The notes: generated by a model from the sequence alone, not told the origin. Numbered from the stretch's first letter, positions 9,773-19,226 are shown. The stretch is DNA of 64,000 nt from an archaeon (GCA_043814055.1 JBDRKL010000004.1:32001-96000), one strand, 5' to 3'. Numbers and translations: made by a program.

Positions 9773-9933
9773 ATGTACGACCTACACAGCCTTTTGAGAA
9801 AGGCTGGCGAAAATCGTGCCACATTCGCAAACACACGAAGTGTGTTGCGCAATTCGCTGCCGCGAATTTGCGCCTTCGGCGAAGTGACACTATACGCGGA
9901 GTGCGAAACAAAAAACAATGTACGACCTACACA
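9773..9933 (+). repeat. 16-bp direct repeat of the rnp3 start (ATGTACGACCTACACA) flanking a 129-nt hairpin-rich insert
   Basis: Identical copies at 9773-9788 and 9918-9933; hairpins at 9787-9806, 9831-9845, 9851-9868, 9871-9881. Confidence 0.85.
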
Positions 9934-10580
9934 ACAATCTGCTCCTAACCAACTCGGAGTGCGACCTAAGGCGGTTCGGGTTCAGAAAAGCAGGAGTGGT
10001 ATTCGCTGACAAGTTCGAGCCCGAGAAGTTCAGGGCGCTGAAAGAGAACAGCGAGCTTGAGCTTTTTTCTGCTGTTAAAATTAACTCAAACAACCCAGGC
10101 CAGATGCGCAAGGCAGTTGAGAAATTCCGCAACCAGGTTGACGTGATTCTCGTGCACACCAAGGACAACGCGACCATGCGCGCCGTAGCTGAGAGCAATC
10201 AGGTTGATGTTATCGCGCACGCGTTCGTTGACCAAACCTCGGCAAGGGAGGCTGCAGCGCACAACGTTGCGTTGGAAATAAATCTCAAGGACATCCTCGC
10301 GGTTTACGGAATGAAGCGCGCAGTGCTTCTTTCAAAAATTAGGTTCAATTTGAACCTCGCAAGGAAATACAAAACTCCAATGCTCTTAACCACAGGCGCG
10401 TCAGAACTGAAAGACATGCGCAGTGCAAAACAAATCATCGCGCTCGCCGAGTGCATTGGATTCACGCACGACGAGGCCAAGCGCGCTTTGAATGAAGTGC
10501 CTGCAGGGATAATTGAGAAGAGCCGGGCGCAGAAGCGCGGGGAAGAAATTATGGATGGGGTTAGGAGGGTGAAGAGATGA
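9918..10580 (+). CDS. rnp3: RNase P protein subunit Rpp30
   Basis: PHP-like MYDLH start, AAAHNVALEIN, LARKYKTP..TTGA; superoperon position. Confidence 0.88.
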   Translation: MYDLHNNLLLTNSECDLRRFGFRKAGVVFADKFEPEKFRALKENSELELFSAVKINSNNPGQMRKAVEKFRNQVDVILVHTKDNATMRAVAESNQVDVIAHAFVDQTSAREAAAHNVALEINLKDILAVYGMKRAVLLSKIRFNLNLARKYKTPMLLTTGASELKDMRSAKQIIALAECIGFTHDEAKRALNEVPAGIIEKSRAQKRGEEIMDGVRRVKR

Positions 10581-10643
10581 GCAATACGGTTCTTGCCTGG
10601 GTAAAACAATATATATATATGCTAAGTCATAATTTTGTTTATT

Positions 10644-11318
10644 ATGGACTTAAACGACCCTCGAGTAAATAAGTACGAAGAATTTAACAAGACTTATCCA
10701 GCAAATATGTCTGCCCTGCTGAATGCGGGCGGGGTGCCGATGAGCATTTCCGATATTATGGAGCGAAGAGTGGAAGTGCTGGAGAAGTTCAAGGGCCATG
10801 AAGTCGTTGACAATTGGTGGGATAATTATTTTTATTCCTGCACCGGCGTTGCGCAGTTCGGCGACAGGATAAAAGTGGTTGAGCGGCCGAAGCTTCTGCT
10901 TGAGATTGGCAAGCACGTCAAAAGCATCAAAAACGGGGCATTGCAGCTGCCGAAGGATGCGTGGGGCAAGCTTGGCGGCGAGGGATTCTCTTATAATGAA
11001 TTGAAAAATGTCCTGAACAAACCTTTATCTGCATCCAAAGTATTGAAGCACCCGATTTGGAACGCGGTTGCCGGCAAAGAATTTTTGGAAAAGTATATTA
11101 AAGTGATGGGTAAGAAGTATCGGTTTAAAGAATTCATGGGCGTTTATTTGGACGACCCTAAAGAATCACAAAACAATCCAACTTTGCGGGCTTTTGTGCT
11201 CGGCAGGGGCGGCGACAGGTGGTCCGACCTCTACGGCTTCGGGGGCAGCAGGGGCCTTGGCGACTACGGCGCCCGTCTTGTTGGGGTACTTGCCGAAGCA
11301 AAGCCTCCCAAGTCATAG
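10644..11318 (+). CDS. DGR target protein with C-terminal variable region (probable CLec fold)
   Basis: 3' end matches the downstream TR except at TR adenines; ends ARLVGV. Confidence 0.85.
   Translation: MDLNDPRVNKYEEFNKTYPANMSALLNAGGVPMSISDIMERRVEVLEKFKGHEVVDNWWDNYFYSCTGVAQFGDRIKVVERPKLLLEIGKHVKSIKNGALQLPKDAWGKLGGEGFSYNELKNVLNKPLSASKVLKHPIWNAVAGKEFLEKYIKVMGKKYRFKEFMGVYLDDPKESQNNPTLRAFVLGRGGDRWSDLYGFGGSRGLGDYGARLVGVLAEAKPPKS
11183..11305 (+). repeat. DGR variable repeat (VR) including IMH
   Basis: Aligns to 11491-11604 with A-to-N substitutions and a 9-nt extra block. Confidence 0.9.
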
Positions 11319-11490
11319 TCCCAGCATTCACCGGATTCAACAAAAATAACGCATAGCGGTGGGCTTGGACTACACGCCCTCCAACAGCGCCCGCAGATTT
11401 TTCTGCGGGACATAAAATACAGCTGTGATAGCAAGTAGGCAAAAACCGAAACCTAAAACAGCAGTGGTTCCTCAAGTTGGGAAGGGCTAT

Positions 11491-11604
11491 TTTGCGGGCT
11501 TTTGTGCTCAACAGGGGCAACAACAGGAGGTCCAACCTCAACGGCAACAGGAACCTTGGCAACAACAACGCCCGTCTTGTTGGGGTACTGAAAGAAGCAA
11601 AGCC
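11491..11604 (+). mobile_element. DGR template repeat (TR), AAC-rich, non-coding
   Basis: Ten AAC codons in the VR frame; VR differences fall at TR adenines. Confidence 0.9.
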
Positions 11605-11718
11605 CTAGAATCTCTTGTTTTTTTGAAGGTAGGGGATGGGGAGTTTGGAGTTTGGGTTGCACAAACTATTTAATCGAACAAGCGTTCATTTAAATAAACA
11701 ATTGTTCAAACTATTACT

Positions 11719-12069
11719 ATGACCAAATTCAGAGTAAAACCAACACAAAAAGAAAACTGGAGATACCTAGCCTTTGAGCTAATAACAAACGCAAAGTTCA
11801 AGGAGACTGATGTAGTGAAAGCAATGGTCAGCTCAATCCTCAGATTCCACGGCGAGCTCGGCGCGTCCTACACGAACGTGTGGATGATTGAGTTCAACGA
11901 GGGCAAGCAGAACGGAATAATGAGATGTTCACACACCGCGGTACAGGAAGTGGTTGCAGCGGTCACGCTTATTACAAAAATTGACGACAAGGACGCGGGT
12001 TTTAATATTCTCGGAGTTTCAGGGACAATCAAGAAGTGCCGTGAAAAGTTTTTGATTAAGCCCAAATAG
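11719..12069 (+). CDS. rnp2: RNase P protein subunit Pop5/Rpp14
   Basis: RYLAFEL, GIMRCSH, ILGVSGTIKK. Confidence 0.92.
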   Translation: MTKFRVKPTQKENWRYLAFELITNAKFKETDVVKAMVSSILRFHGELGASYTNVWMIEFNEGKQNGIMRCSHTAVQEVVAAVTLITKIDDKDAGFNILGVSGTIKKCREKFLIKPK

Positions 12070-12179
12070 CCAGACAACTGGATAAAGAAGTGCCAACAGA
12101 ATTTCTACTGCAATACCTATATATACCACCCTGCTCATCCTCTACTCTATATTCGCTAGATTAGAGAGGTGAATTAAGA

Positions 12180-12923
12180 ATGGAAATGCAACCACCCCAG
12201 ATGATGGGTTACGACCGAGCTATAACAGTTTTCTCACCGCAAGGTCGATTATATCAAGTGGAATACGCCAGGGAAGCGGTCAAGAAAGGGACCGTGTCAC
12301 TTGGAATAGTTTACAAGGGCGGCGTCCTGCTAGGCGCGGACAAGAACGTCACAGAAGAATTAATGCTTCCAGACTCAGTGGAGAAAATCTACAAGATTGA
12401 CGAGCACATGGGCGCTGCAACTTCCGGCCTTGTCGCTGACGGGCGCAGGATAATTGACAGGGCGCGGGTAATGGCGCAGTCACACAAAATCACTTACGAC
12501 GAGTCAATGGCTGTTGCTCTCCTGACAAAGGAAATCTGCGACTATCAGCAGATGCACACCCAGGTCGCTGGGGTAAGGCCTTTCGGCACCTCGCTCATAC
12601 TCGCTGGCGTGGACGTGAAGCCGCGGCTCTTTGAGACTGACCCGAGCGGCTCGTTCTGGGAATACAAGGCCACTGCAATCGGCGAGAACAACGATGCAGT
12701 GAGGAAGATATTCACAAAGGAGTATAAAGACAATATGTCGCTTGACAACGCGATAGGGCTCGCGCTCAAGGCGCTCTACAAGGGCACTGCAGAGCGGTTC
12801 AACGAGAAGAGCATTGAGCTCGCTTACATCGGGATGGACAAGAAGTTCCACCCAATCCCTGCGGCAAAGGTCAAGGAGCACATCTTGGCCACGATTGGCG
12901 ACATAAAGAAAGGCAAGAAGTAA
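12180..12923 (+). CDS. psmA: Proteasome alpha subunit
   Basis: GYDRAITVFSPQGRLYQVEYA. Confidence 0.97.
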   Translation: MEMQPPQMMGYDRAITVFSPQGRLYQVEYAREAVKKGTVSLGIVYKGGVLLGADKNVTEELMLPDSVEKIYKIDEHMGAATSGLVADGRRIIDRARVMAQSHKITYDESMAVALLTKEICDYQQMHTQVAGVRPFGTSLILAGVDVKPRLFETDPSGSFWEYKATAIGENNDAVRKIFTKEYKDNMSLDNAIGLALKALYKGTAERFNEKSIELAYIGMDKKFHPIPAAKVKEHILATIGDIKKGKK

Positions 12924-12962
12924 AATCATGATTCATCGATTTTCGGTGTAAGGTAAATCCAA

Positions 12963-13035
12963 AAATCATGCACAAACCGCAATCCGCGGTTCGTGCTGAT
13001 TTCAAAGCTGATAAAATCGAGGAAACTTTGAAATG
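12963..13035 (+). promoter_or_regulatory. Structured pre-start-codon element, copy 1 (before the SBDS gene)
   Basis: AAATCA-T-GCAC-A-AACC...GGTT-C-GTGC-TGATTT, then ATTTCAAAG-N18-CTTTGAAATG. Confidence 0.8.
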
Positions 13036-13728
13036 GTAAGCATTGACGACGCTGTGCTCGCAAGGTATGCGCACGCAGGCAAGCACTTTGAAATATACGT
13101 AGACCCTGTAAAAGCTCTTGAGTTCAGGGGCGGAAAAGACGTTCCGCTCTCAGAAGTGCTGGCAGTGGACGCGGTATTCAAGGACGCCAAGAAGGGCGAC
13201 CGCGCAGCTGAGGGCTCGCTGAAGGAGACGTTCCAAACCTCTGACCTTGGGGAAATCACCAAGCAAATCCTTAAGAAGGGGGAGATGCAGCTTACCACTG
13301 AACAGAAAAAGAAGATGGTCTCTGACAAGAAAAAGGCCATCATAGCAAAAATCGTAAGAGAGGCCTACAACCCGCAGACCAAAGCCCCGCACACACCCCA
13401 GCGGATAGAAATCGCAATGGACGAGGCTCACGTGCAGATTGACCCGTTTGAAAGCACCACGATCCAGGTTGAAAGAGCGGTGAATGCAATACGATCCATC
13501 CTTCCCATAAGCATGGAGCGGCTAAAGATTGAAGTTACAGTGCCGCCTGCTTATACGGGCAAGGCTTACGGTGTCCTTAAGGCGCACCACATGGAGAAAG
13601 AGGAATGGCTCCCCGACGGCAACCTCAAAGCGGTTGTCACCATTCCAGCAGGACTCGAGGAAGAGTTCTACGATGAGCTGAACAACATTTCAAAAGGGGG
13701 GATAGAGTTCAGCAGGATAAAACAATAG
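13033..13728 (+). CDS. Ribosome maturation protein SBDS/Sdo1
   Basis: GKHFEIYVDP, VFKDAKKG, QLTTEQKK, PHTPQRIE. Confidence 0.95.
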   Translation: MVSIDDAVLARYAHAGKHFEIYVDPVKALEFRGGKDVPLSEVLAVDAVFKDAKKGDRAAEGSLKETFQTSDLGEITKQILKKGEMQLTTEQKKKMVSDKKKAIIAKIVREAYNPQTKAPHTPQRIEIAMDEAHVQIDPFESTTIQVERAVNAIRSILPISMERLKIEVTVPPAYTGKAYGVLKAHHMEKEEWLPDGNLKAVVTIPAGLEEEFYDELNNISKGGIEFSRIKQ

Positions 13729-13746
13729 TAAAATGGAGATGAAAAA

Positions 13747-14601
13747 ATGACTTTGAATGTACAAAACAGAGAACTGGTGGTTCCAGGAGATCTCCTGGCC
13801 GCAGGTGATTACCTGCTCGGAGACGGAACCTACAGGAAAGGAGACGAGGTATACGCAAACATATTGGGTCTTGTGGACAACAAGGAAAAGTTCATAAAGA
13901 TAATTCCGCTCAGCGGAAAGTATAGCCCAAAGGCAAAGGACCTCGTAATTGGAATTGTTGAAGATATGGCTTTTTCGCACTGGTACATAGACATTAACAC
14001 CATGGCGTCCGGCGTCCTTACAGTGGCGAACGGAACAGAGCGATTTGTGGACCTGAACGAAGAGGATCTTTCTGACATATATGGCATCGGAGATGTTGTA
14101 GTAGCCAAGATTGAGAATATCTCAGCCACTGGCTCAGCAGGCCTTACGATGAAGGACCGCGGTCTTTTCAAGCTGAAGGACGGCCGCCTAATATCGGTTA
14201 ATCCGACTAAGGTGCCGCGCGTAATCGGCAAGAAGGGAACAATGGTTCAGCTGCTCAAGAACCTGAGCGGCTGCAAGGTAATCGTCGGCCAGAACGGGCG
14301 AGTCTGGGTTTCAGGCGAGAACACTGACCTAGTGATTGAAGCGGTCAGGCTCATAGAGCGCGAGGCGCACACATCAGGGCTCACTGACAAAATCAAGGAG
14401 TTCTTGGAGGCTAAGACCGGAAATAAAGTATCTGAAAATGGAACCGGCCTGAGCAAGAGCACTGTAGAGGCGCTTGAGGCAAGAAAAGCAATGCTTGAGG
14501 CAAAGAAGGCAGAAGCAGCCATGTCTGCAGAACCTGAGGCCACCATTGACATGAGCCCGGAGCCGGCTGCAGAATCTGCAGCAACCACGGAGGTGAATTA
14601 A
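13747..14601 (+). CDS. rrp4: Exosome RNA-binding subunit Rrp4
   Basis: VVPGD, S1 and KH domains (PRVIGKKG, GQNGRVW). Confidence 0.95.
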   Translation: MTLNVQNRELVVPGDLLAAGDYLLGDGTYRKGDEVYANILGLVDNKEKFIKIIPLSGKYSPKAKDLVIGIVEDMAFSHWYIDINTMASGVLTVANGTERFVDLNEEDLSDIYGIGDVVVAKIENISATGSAGLTMKDRGLFKLKDGRLISVNPTKVPRVIGKKGTMVQLLKNLSGCKVIVGQNGRVWVSGENTDLVIEAVRLIEREAHTSGLTDKIKEFLEAKTGNKVSENGTGLSKSTVEALEARKAMLEAKKAEAAMSAEPEATIDMSPEPAAESAATTEVN

Positions 14602-15324
14602 ATGGGCGGATCACCATTACCAGAAGGCGTTTACCTCTGGAAGGACGGAAAGCGGTGTGACGGCCGAACAGAAGGCCAGATGAGGCCTTTTAAGATTGAA
14701 GCTGGAGTTCTTGAGCGAGCTGAAGGCTCGGCTTATGTTGAGATTGGAGGCACACACGCATACGCAGCGGTCTACGGTCCAAGAGAGCTTCACCCGAAGC
14801 ACATGCAGCAGGCCGACAGGGCAGTGCTCAAGACGGTTTATGAAATGGCGCCTTTCTCAGTAAGTGACAGAAAGAGGCCAGGACCGGACAGGCGCTCAAA
14901 GGAAATTGCAAAGGTCACAAGGGAATGCCTTGAGCCAATGCTGTACCTTGAAGAGTACCCAAAGGCCGGAATAGACCTGCACATTGAAATCGTTCAGGCG
15001 GACGCGGGCACGCGGGTTGCTGGAATCACAGCGGCTTCAGTTGCTCTCGCAGATGCTGGAATAAGAATGCGCGACCTCGTGGCGGCATGCTCAGCAGGAA
15101 AAATTGAGGACAAGATTGTCCTTGACCTGTGCGGCATTGAAGACAATTTCGGAAGCGCTGACGTTCCGGTTGCGTATTCGCCGGCAGAGGACAAGATTAC
15201 CCTGCTCCAGATGGACGGGCTCCTCACAAAGGAGGAGTTAAAGACCGCAATGGACTACGCCATCAAGGGCTGCAAGGACTTGTACGTGGCGCAGAAGGAC
15301 GCCCTAAGGAGGCGATACAAATGA
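14602..15324 (+). CDS. rrp41: Exosome catalytic subunit Rrp41
   Basis: AVYGPRE, MAPFSV, RRSKEI, QADAGTR. Confidence 0.96.
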   Translation: MGGSPLPEGVYLWKDGKRCDGRTEGQMRPFKIEAGVLERAEGSAYVEIGGTHAYAAVYGPRELHPKHMQQADRAVLKTVYEMAPFSVSDRKRPGPDRRSKEIAKVTRECLEPMLYLEEYPKAGIDLHIEIVQADAGTRVAGITAASVALADAGIRMRDLVAACSAGKIEDKIVLDLCGIEDNFGSADVPVAYSPAEDKITLLQMDGLLTKEELKTAMDYAIKGCKDLYVAQKDALRRRYK

Positions 15325-16073
15325 TAAAGGAAACACTACTGCCGAACATTGAAAAGAAGGGCATGCTTGACATGCTCAACAGCGGCAAGCGGCTTGACGG
15401 CCGAAAGTTTGACGAGTTCAGGCCAGTAAGAATTGAGACCGGTGTCTATGAAAGGGCAGAGGGCTCAGCATCTGCCTGGATTGGAAAGACCTTCGTGGCT
15501 GCTGGAATAAAGATAGGCGAGGGCGAGCCATACCCGGACTCACCCAACGTCGGAGTTCTTTCAACTAACGCAGAGCTTTGTCCAATGGCTTCGCCGACTT
15601 TTCAGGCAGGACCGCCTGGAGAAGAGGTCATTGAGATAGCAAGAGTTGTTGACCGCGGAATCCGCGAGTCAAAGGCCATAGAGCTTGAGAAGCTTTGCAT
15701 AGAGCCTGGCGTGAAAACGCGCATGGTCTACATTGACGCGTACATGCTTGACTACCACGGGAACGCTATTGACGCGGCGTCACTTGCCTCAGTTGCTGCC
15801 CTTTACAACACTGAAATTCCAGACTTCGGAAAGCTCCCTATAGTCAAGAAACCGATAGCCAATACATTTATAAAGATTGGCGAAAACATATTGCTCGACC
15901 CAAGCCTTGAAGAAGAGCGCGCAATGGACGCCCGTCTTACTGTGACAATAGAAGACACGGACCGGGTATGCGCGATGCAAAAGGCAGGCAGCGGATTCTG
16001 GATGCAGGACGAGATAATGCAGTGCGTTGAGACCGCGATAAAAATGAGCAAGGACCTAAGGAAACTTATATGA
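15321..16073 (+). CDS. rrp42: Exosome subunit Rrp42
   Basis: [24 protein letters not shown]. Confidence 0.95.
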   Translation: MIKETLLPNIEKKGMLDMLNSGKRLDGRKFDEFRPVRIETGVYERAEGSASAWIGKTFVAAGIKIGEGEPYPDSPNVGVLSTNAELCPMASPTFQAGPPGEEVIEIARVVDRGIRESKAIELEKLCIEPGVKTRMVYIDAYMLDYHGNAIDAASLASVAALYNTEIPDFGKLPIVKKPIANTFIKIGENILLDPSLEEERAMDARLTVTIEDTDRVCAMQKAGSGFWMQDEIMQCVETAIKMSKDLRKLI

Positions 16074-16348
16074 GTAAGACAAAAAAAGTTGGTTCGGCAG
16101 GACGATTTGGCGCCAAGTATGGGCGCAGTGTTAGAATGCAGACTAAAGTAATAGATGCAATTTCTAAGGCAAAGCATGAATGTCCGCGCTGCAGCGGCTT
16201 AAAAGTAACCAGAAAAGCTGCTGGCATTTGGGAATGCTCAAGATGCAAAAGCGTTTTCGCAGGCGGAGCGTATTCTCCGGCAACTCCTGAGCCGACTCTA
16301 AAGAAGGTTGAGGATGCGTTTGAGGCTAAAACTGAAAAACCAAGGTGA
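16070..16348 (+). CDS. rpl37ae: 50S ribosomal protein L37ae
   Basis: GRFGAKYG, CPRC...GIWECSRC, AGGAY. Confidence 0.95.
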   Translation: MSKTKKVGSAGRFGAKYGRSVRMQTKVIDAISKAKHECPRCSGLKVTRKAAGIWECSRCKSVFAGGAYSPATPEPTLKKVEDAFEAKTEKPR

Positions 16349-16405
16349 AAGTAACTACCAAGAAAGCCCAGGGAGAGGCAGAGGAAACTGTTGAGGAGGA
16401 AAACT

Positions 16406-16483
16406 AAATCAAACACAAAGCGACAAGTAATTGCTGCTTCGTGTTGATTTTAAAGCTGATGAAAAGGAGGAAACTTTAAAATG
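16406..16483 (+). promoter_or_regulatory. Structured pre-start-codon element, copy 2 (before rpo12)
   Basis: AAATCA-A-ACAC-A-AAGC...GCTT-C-GTGT-TGATTT, then ATTTTAAAG-N18-CTTTAAAATG. Confidence 0.8.
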
Positions 16484-16624
16484 GTTGAATACAAATGCGG
16501 CTCGTGCAAACACATAGTCAAGGAGCCAAGGGATGCATCAGGAACGCTGCGATGTGTGAAGTGCGGCTATAAGATAATGTTCAAGGCAAGGCAGCCTGTA
16601 GGTACTCACGTCAAGGCGATATAA
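16481..16624 (+). CDS. rpo12: RNA polymerase subunit P (Rpo12)
   Basis: Manual translation MVEYKCGSCKH...LRCVKCGYKIMFKARQP, 47 aa (below the ORF cutoff); canonical position. Confidence 0.92.
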   Translation: MVEYKCGSCKHIVKEPRDASGTLRCVKCGYKIMFKARQPVGTHVKAI

Positions 16625-16848
16625 TGCTTGAGAAAGAGCTGCTTATCCAGGTCAAAAACCCAAAAGCAGCGCTCAAGGCGCTTAAGCCAGACATTGACAG
16701 GACAGAGCGCTTTGAGGTTGAGCTAGTTGCAGAGGAAAAGGGAATCCGCATAAAGGCGAAGGCAACCGATGAAGCAGCTCTGAGAGCTGCAATCGGCTCA
16801 TACTCACGTCTCATTGAGATGATTGCAAGCACGGAGGTTAAACTTTAA
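16624..16848 (+). CDS. pcc1: KEOPS complex subunit Pcc1
   Basis: ALKPD, ATDEAALRAAIGSYSRL; position between rpo12 and pfdB. Confidence 0.85.
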   Translation: MLEKELLIQVKNPKAALKALKPDIDRTERFEVELVAEEKGIRIKAKATDEAALRAAIGSYSRLIEMIASTEVKL

Positions 16849-16849
16849 A

Positions 16850-17209
16850 ATGACTGAACAAATTTCCCCAGAAATACAACAGAAGATTATGGAATTTCAA
16901 GAGGCTCAGCAACAGGCTAGAATGGTTATGACGCAGAAGTACCAGATTGAGATTCAGCTCAGGGAAGTCCAGAATGCGCTGGGTGAGCTGGAAAAGCTGG
17001 AAAAGGCAGAGGTTCACAAGGCTGTAGGCCAGATACTAATCAAGACTGACAAGGCATCAATGACCAAGGAGCTCAAGGACAAGGAAGAAACTCTTGGCGT
17101 CCGGCTCAAGACAATTGAGAAACAAGAGGACAAGCTTAAGGAAAAAATGCAGGGTCTGCAGGACAGGCTTCAGGGCGTAATCGGCCCGGCGCCGAGCGCG
17201 GGCGGTTAG
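16850..17209 (+). CDS. pfdB: Prefoldin beta subunit
   Basis: Coiled coils flanking VHKAVGQILIK. Confidence 0.93.
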   Translation: MTEQISPEIQQKIMEFQEAQQQARMVMTQKYQIEIQLREVQNALGELEKLEKAEVHKAVGQILIKTDKASMTKELKDKEETLGVRLKTIEKQEDKLKEKMQGLQDRLQGVIGPAPSAGG

Positions 17210-17215
17210 TCTGAA

Positions 17216-18259
17216 ATGGAAGTTCTGCAAGTTCTCAGGGAATCCACTGAAAAGAATATACTTCTTCTAGCGCACCACAACGCGGACCCTGATGCAGTGT
17301 GCAGCGCAATCGCGCTATCCGAAGGGCTCAAGCAAATCGGATGCAAAAGCGTAAGAATTGGATTTGTTGAGAGCATCAGCAAGCTTTCCCAGAAAATTGT
17401 TAACAAGCTTAATTATGAGATAGACCTGAACCCTAACCTGAACGCGGACTTGATTGTTCTTCTTGACACTTCAACAGCGGGCCAGCTCTCAAAAATGGCA
17501 GATAAGTTCAAGAGCGCAAAGGCAGAGAAAATTATCATAGACCACCACACTCCTACAGAGGAGCCGCTTGAGGCGGACCACAAGCTCGTTGACGAGAAAG
17601 CAAGCTCAACTGTTGAGCTTGTCTACGACCTGCTCAAGGAACTCGGTGTGGAAATTTCAAAAGAGGTTGCTGAAGCAATGTGCTTCGGCCTCGTCGCAGA
17701 GACAGCGCACCTGCAGTTCGCCACGCCAAAAGTTTTCAGGATTCTTGCCGATCTTCAGGAAAAGCACGGCATAGTGCATCAGGATATTCTTGAACTCCTT
17801 CGGACTCAAGTTGACGTGTCTGAAAAAATCGCGCACTTCAAGGCAGCGGGCCGGACAAACGTTACCCGCGTCAAGAACTATCTCATAGTCACAACACGCG
17901 TTGGCTCTTTTGAGGCCTCGTGCGCCCGTGCGTTAATGAGAATGGGTGCTGACCTTGCTGCGGTCTCGTCCAAGCCGGATGAGCTTCGCATAAGCATGCG
18001 CTCTTCGCATAGTTTCCTCACTGAAACCGGCATAGACCTTGGCAGGGACATAATGCCAGGGCTCATAAAAATCATAGACGGAACCGGAAGCGGTCACCCG
18101 ACAGCAGCAGGCGCCAACGGCAATGCGCTTGACAAGGAAAAGGAAGCGATGGCATTCATAGTTTCATTTGTCCAAAATAAACTGGAGAATCAGCACACGT
18201 TGCAAAGCAACGTGTGCGTGACAGCCGCTGATAAAAAGAAGGGAGTGGCTGGAAAATGA
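17216..18259 (+). CDS. DHH-family phosphoesterase (NrnA-like)
   Basis: HHNADPDA, LLDT, IIDHH, GSGHPTAAG. Confidence 0.92.
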   Translation: MEVLQVLRESTEKNILLLAHHNADPDAVCSAIALSEGLKQIGCKSVRIGFVESISKLSQKIVNKLNYEIDLNPNLNADLIVLLDTSTAGQLSKMADKFKSAKAEKIIIDHHTPTEEPLEADHKLVDEKASSTVELVYDLLKELGVEISKEVAEAMCFGLVAETAHLQFATPKVFRILADLQEKHGIVHQDILELLRTQVDVSEKIAHFKAAGRTNVTRVKNYLIVTTRVGSFEASCARALMRMGADLAAVSSKPDELRISMRSSHSFLTETGIDLGRDIMPGLIKIIDGTGSGHPTAAGANGNALDKEKEAMAFIVSFVQNKLENQHTLQSNVCVTAADKKKGVAGK

Positions 18260-18507
18260 ATCAACTAATCCAGGAAATCTGCGAGACCTTTGAAGACATA
18301 GCCTGTAGCGACGGCGTGCCGCGCAACATCAAGGACTGCGCTAAGAACATTTCCACAATAGTTGGCAACGATTCGGAGACCCTAAGCAGCAGAAAAGAGC
18401 GCGCCCTAACTTTGCTAACTGGCATGATTAATGATCCAAACATAGATACTCCGACCCAAATGTCGCTTTACAATGCGATGAGCGTCGTGGAGTCATTGGA
18501 CCTATAA
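18256..18507 (+). CDS. UPF0147 family protein
   Basis: VPRNIK, NDPNI motifs. Confidence 0.85.
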   Translation: MNQLIQEICETFEDIACSDGVPRNIKDCAKNISTIVGNDSETLSSRKERALTLLTGMINDPNIDTPTQMSLYNAMSVVESLDL

Positions 18508-18561
18508 AACGAAAGAGAAAAACATATATAAGGCAAATGCGCCTAATACGGAATATAACCA

Positions 18562-19008
18562 ATGGGCATGATAGACAACATTTTTGGACCAAAGCACAAG
18601 GTGGCAAAAGCACACACCTCAGTTTCACGTGAACCAAAGTACGTGGAAGTTGATTGGAAGAGCCACGAGCAAGCAGCCAGGGAATACGTGCGAGTTGTGA
18701 ATCTCAATGATTTCGCAGACGTAGAGACTATCTTGGACGTTCTCCGAGAGAGAAACAGCATCGTAATCCTCAAGATCAAGCCAAGGCTTGTAGAGGAGAA
18801 GATGGAGCTCAAGCGCGCACTGAAGAGAATCCAGAGGACATGCCAGGCAATCGGTGGCGACATCGCGGGAATCAAGGAAGACATAATTGTGATAACCCCT
18901 CCGAATGTTGCAATCTGGCGCTCAGGCGAATCTGTAATAAGAAAGCCAATCGCTTCTGACGACGACGCTGACGTGCGAGTCTTCTCTGACGACGCTGACG
19001 CTGAGTAA
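18562..19008 (+). CDS. sepF: Cell division protein SepF
   Basis: GGDIAGI..DIIVITPPNV. Confidence 0.85.
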   Translation: MGMIDNIFGPKHKVAKAHTSVSREPKYVEVDWKSHEQAAREYVRVVNLNDFADVETILDVLRERNSIVILKIKPRLVEEKMELKRALKRIQRTCQAIGGDIAGIKEDIIVITPPNVAIWRSGESVIRKPIASDDDADVRVFSDDADAE

Positions 19009-19167
19009 AGCTAATTTTAAGGTATGGAATTGTTTTGCTTAGCGACCTTTTTATTTGTTAATTTTGTGAAAAAAGCTCAGACGCGCAACAGCGCGTTGAG
19101 CAACCCGCTGTCGCGGGTTTGCTGGACCAAAAAGAAAATTGCTTCGCAATTTTGTGCGCCTTCGGCG

Positions 19168-19226
19168 CTACCTAAGTCTTATAGCTTCCAAGTTCTTCAT
19201 CGCGTAAGTATCCAAACTATACATCT
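19168..19226 (-). repeat. Recoded duplicate of the aCPSF1 3' end
   Basis: Encodes MYSLDTYAMKNLEAIRLR*; 34 nt identical to 19361-19394, the rest synonymous. Confidence 0.9.

Noticed and set aside
9773-10009. 78-aa ORF starting MYDLH
   Set aside because: By-product of the duplicated rnp3 start running through hairpins and out of frame over rnp3.
11425-11673. Gln-rich 82-aa ORF
   Set aside because: It is an off-frame reading of the AAC-rich DGR template repeat.
16450-16480. CTGATGA...GAAA in the repeated element as a hammerhead ribozyme
   Set aside because: No stem II, no three-way junction with a UH site, and the core is not kept in the other copies.
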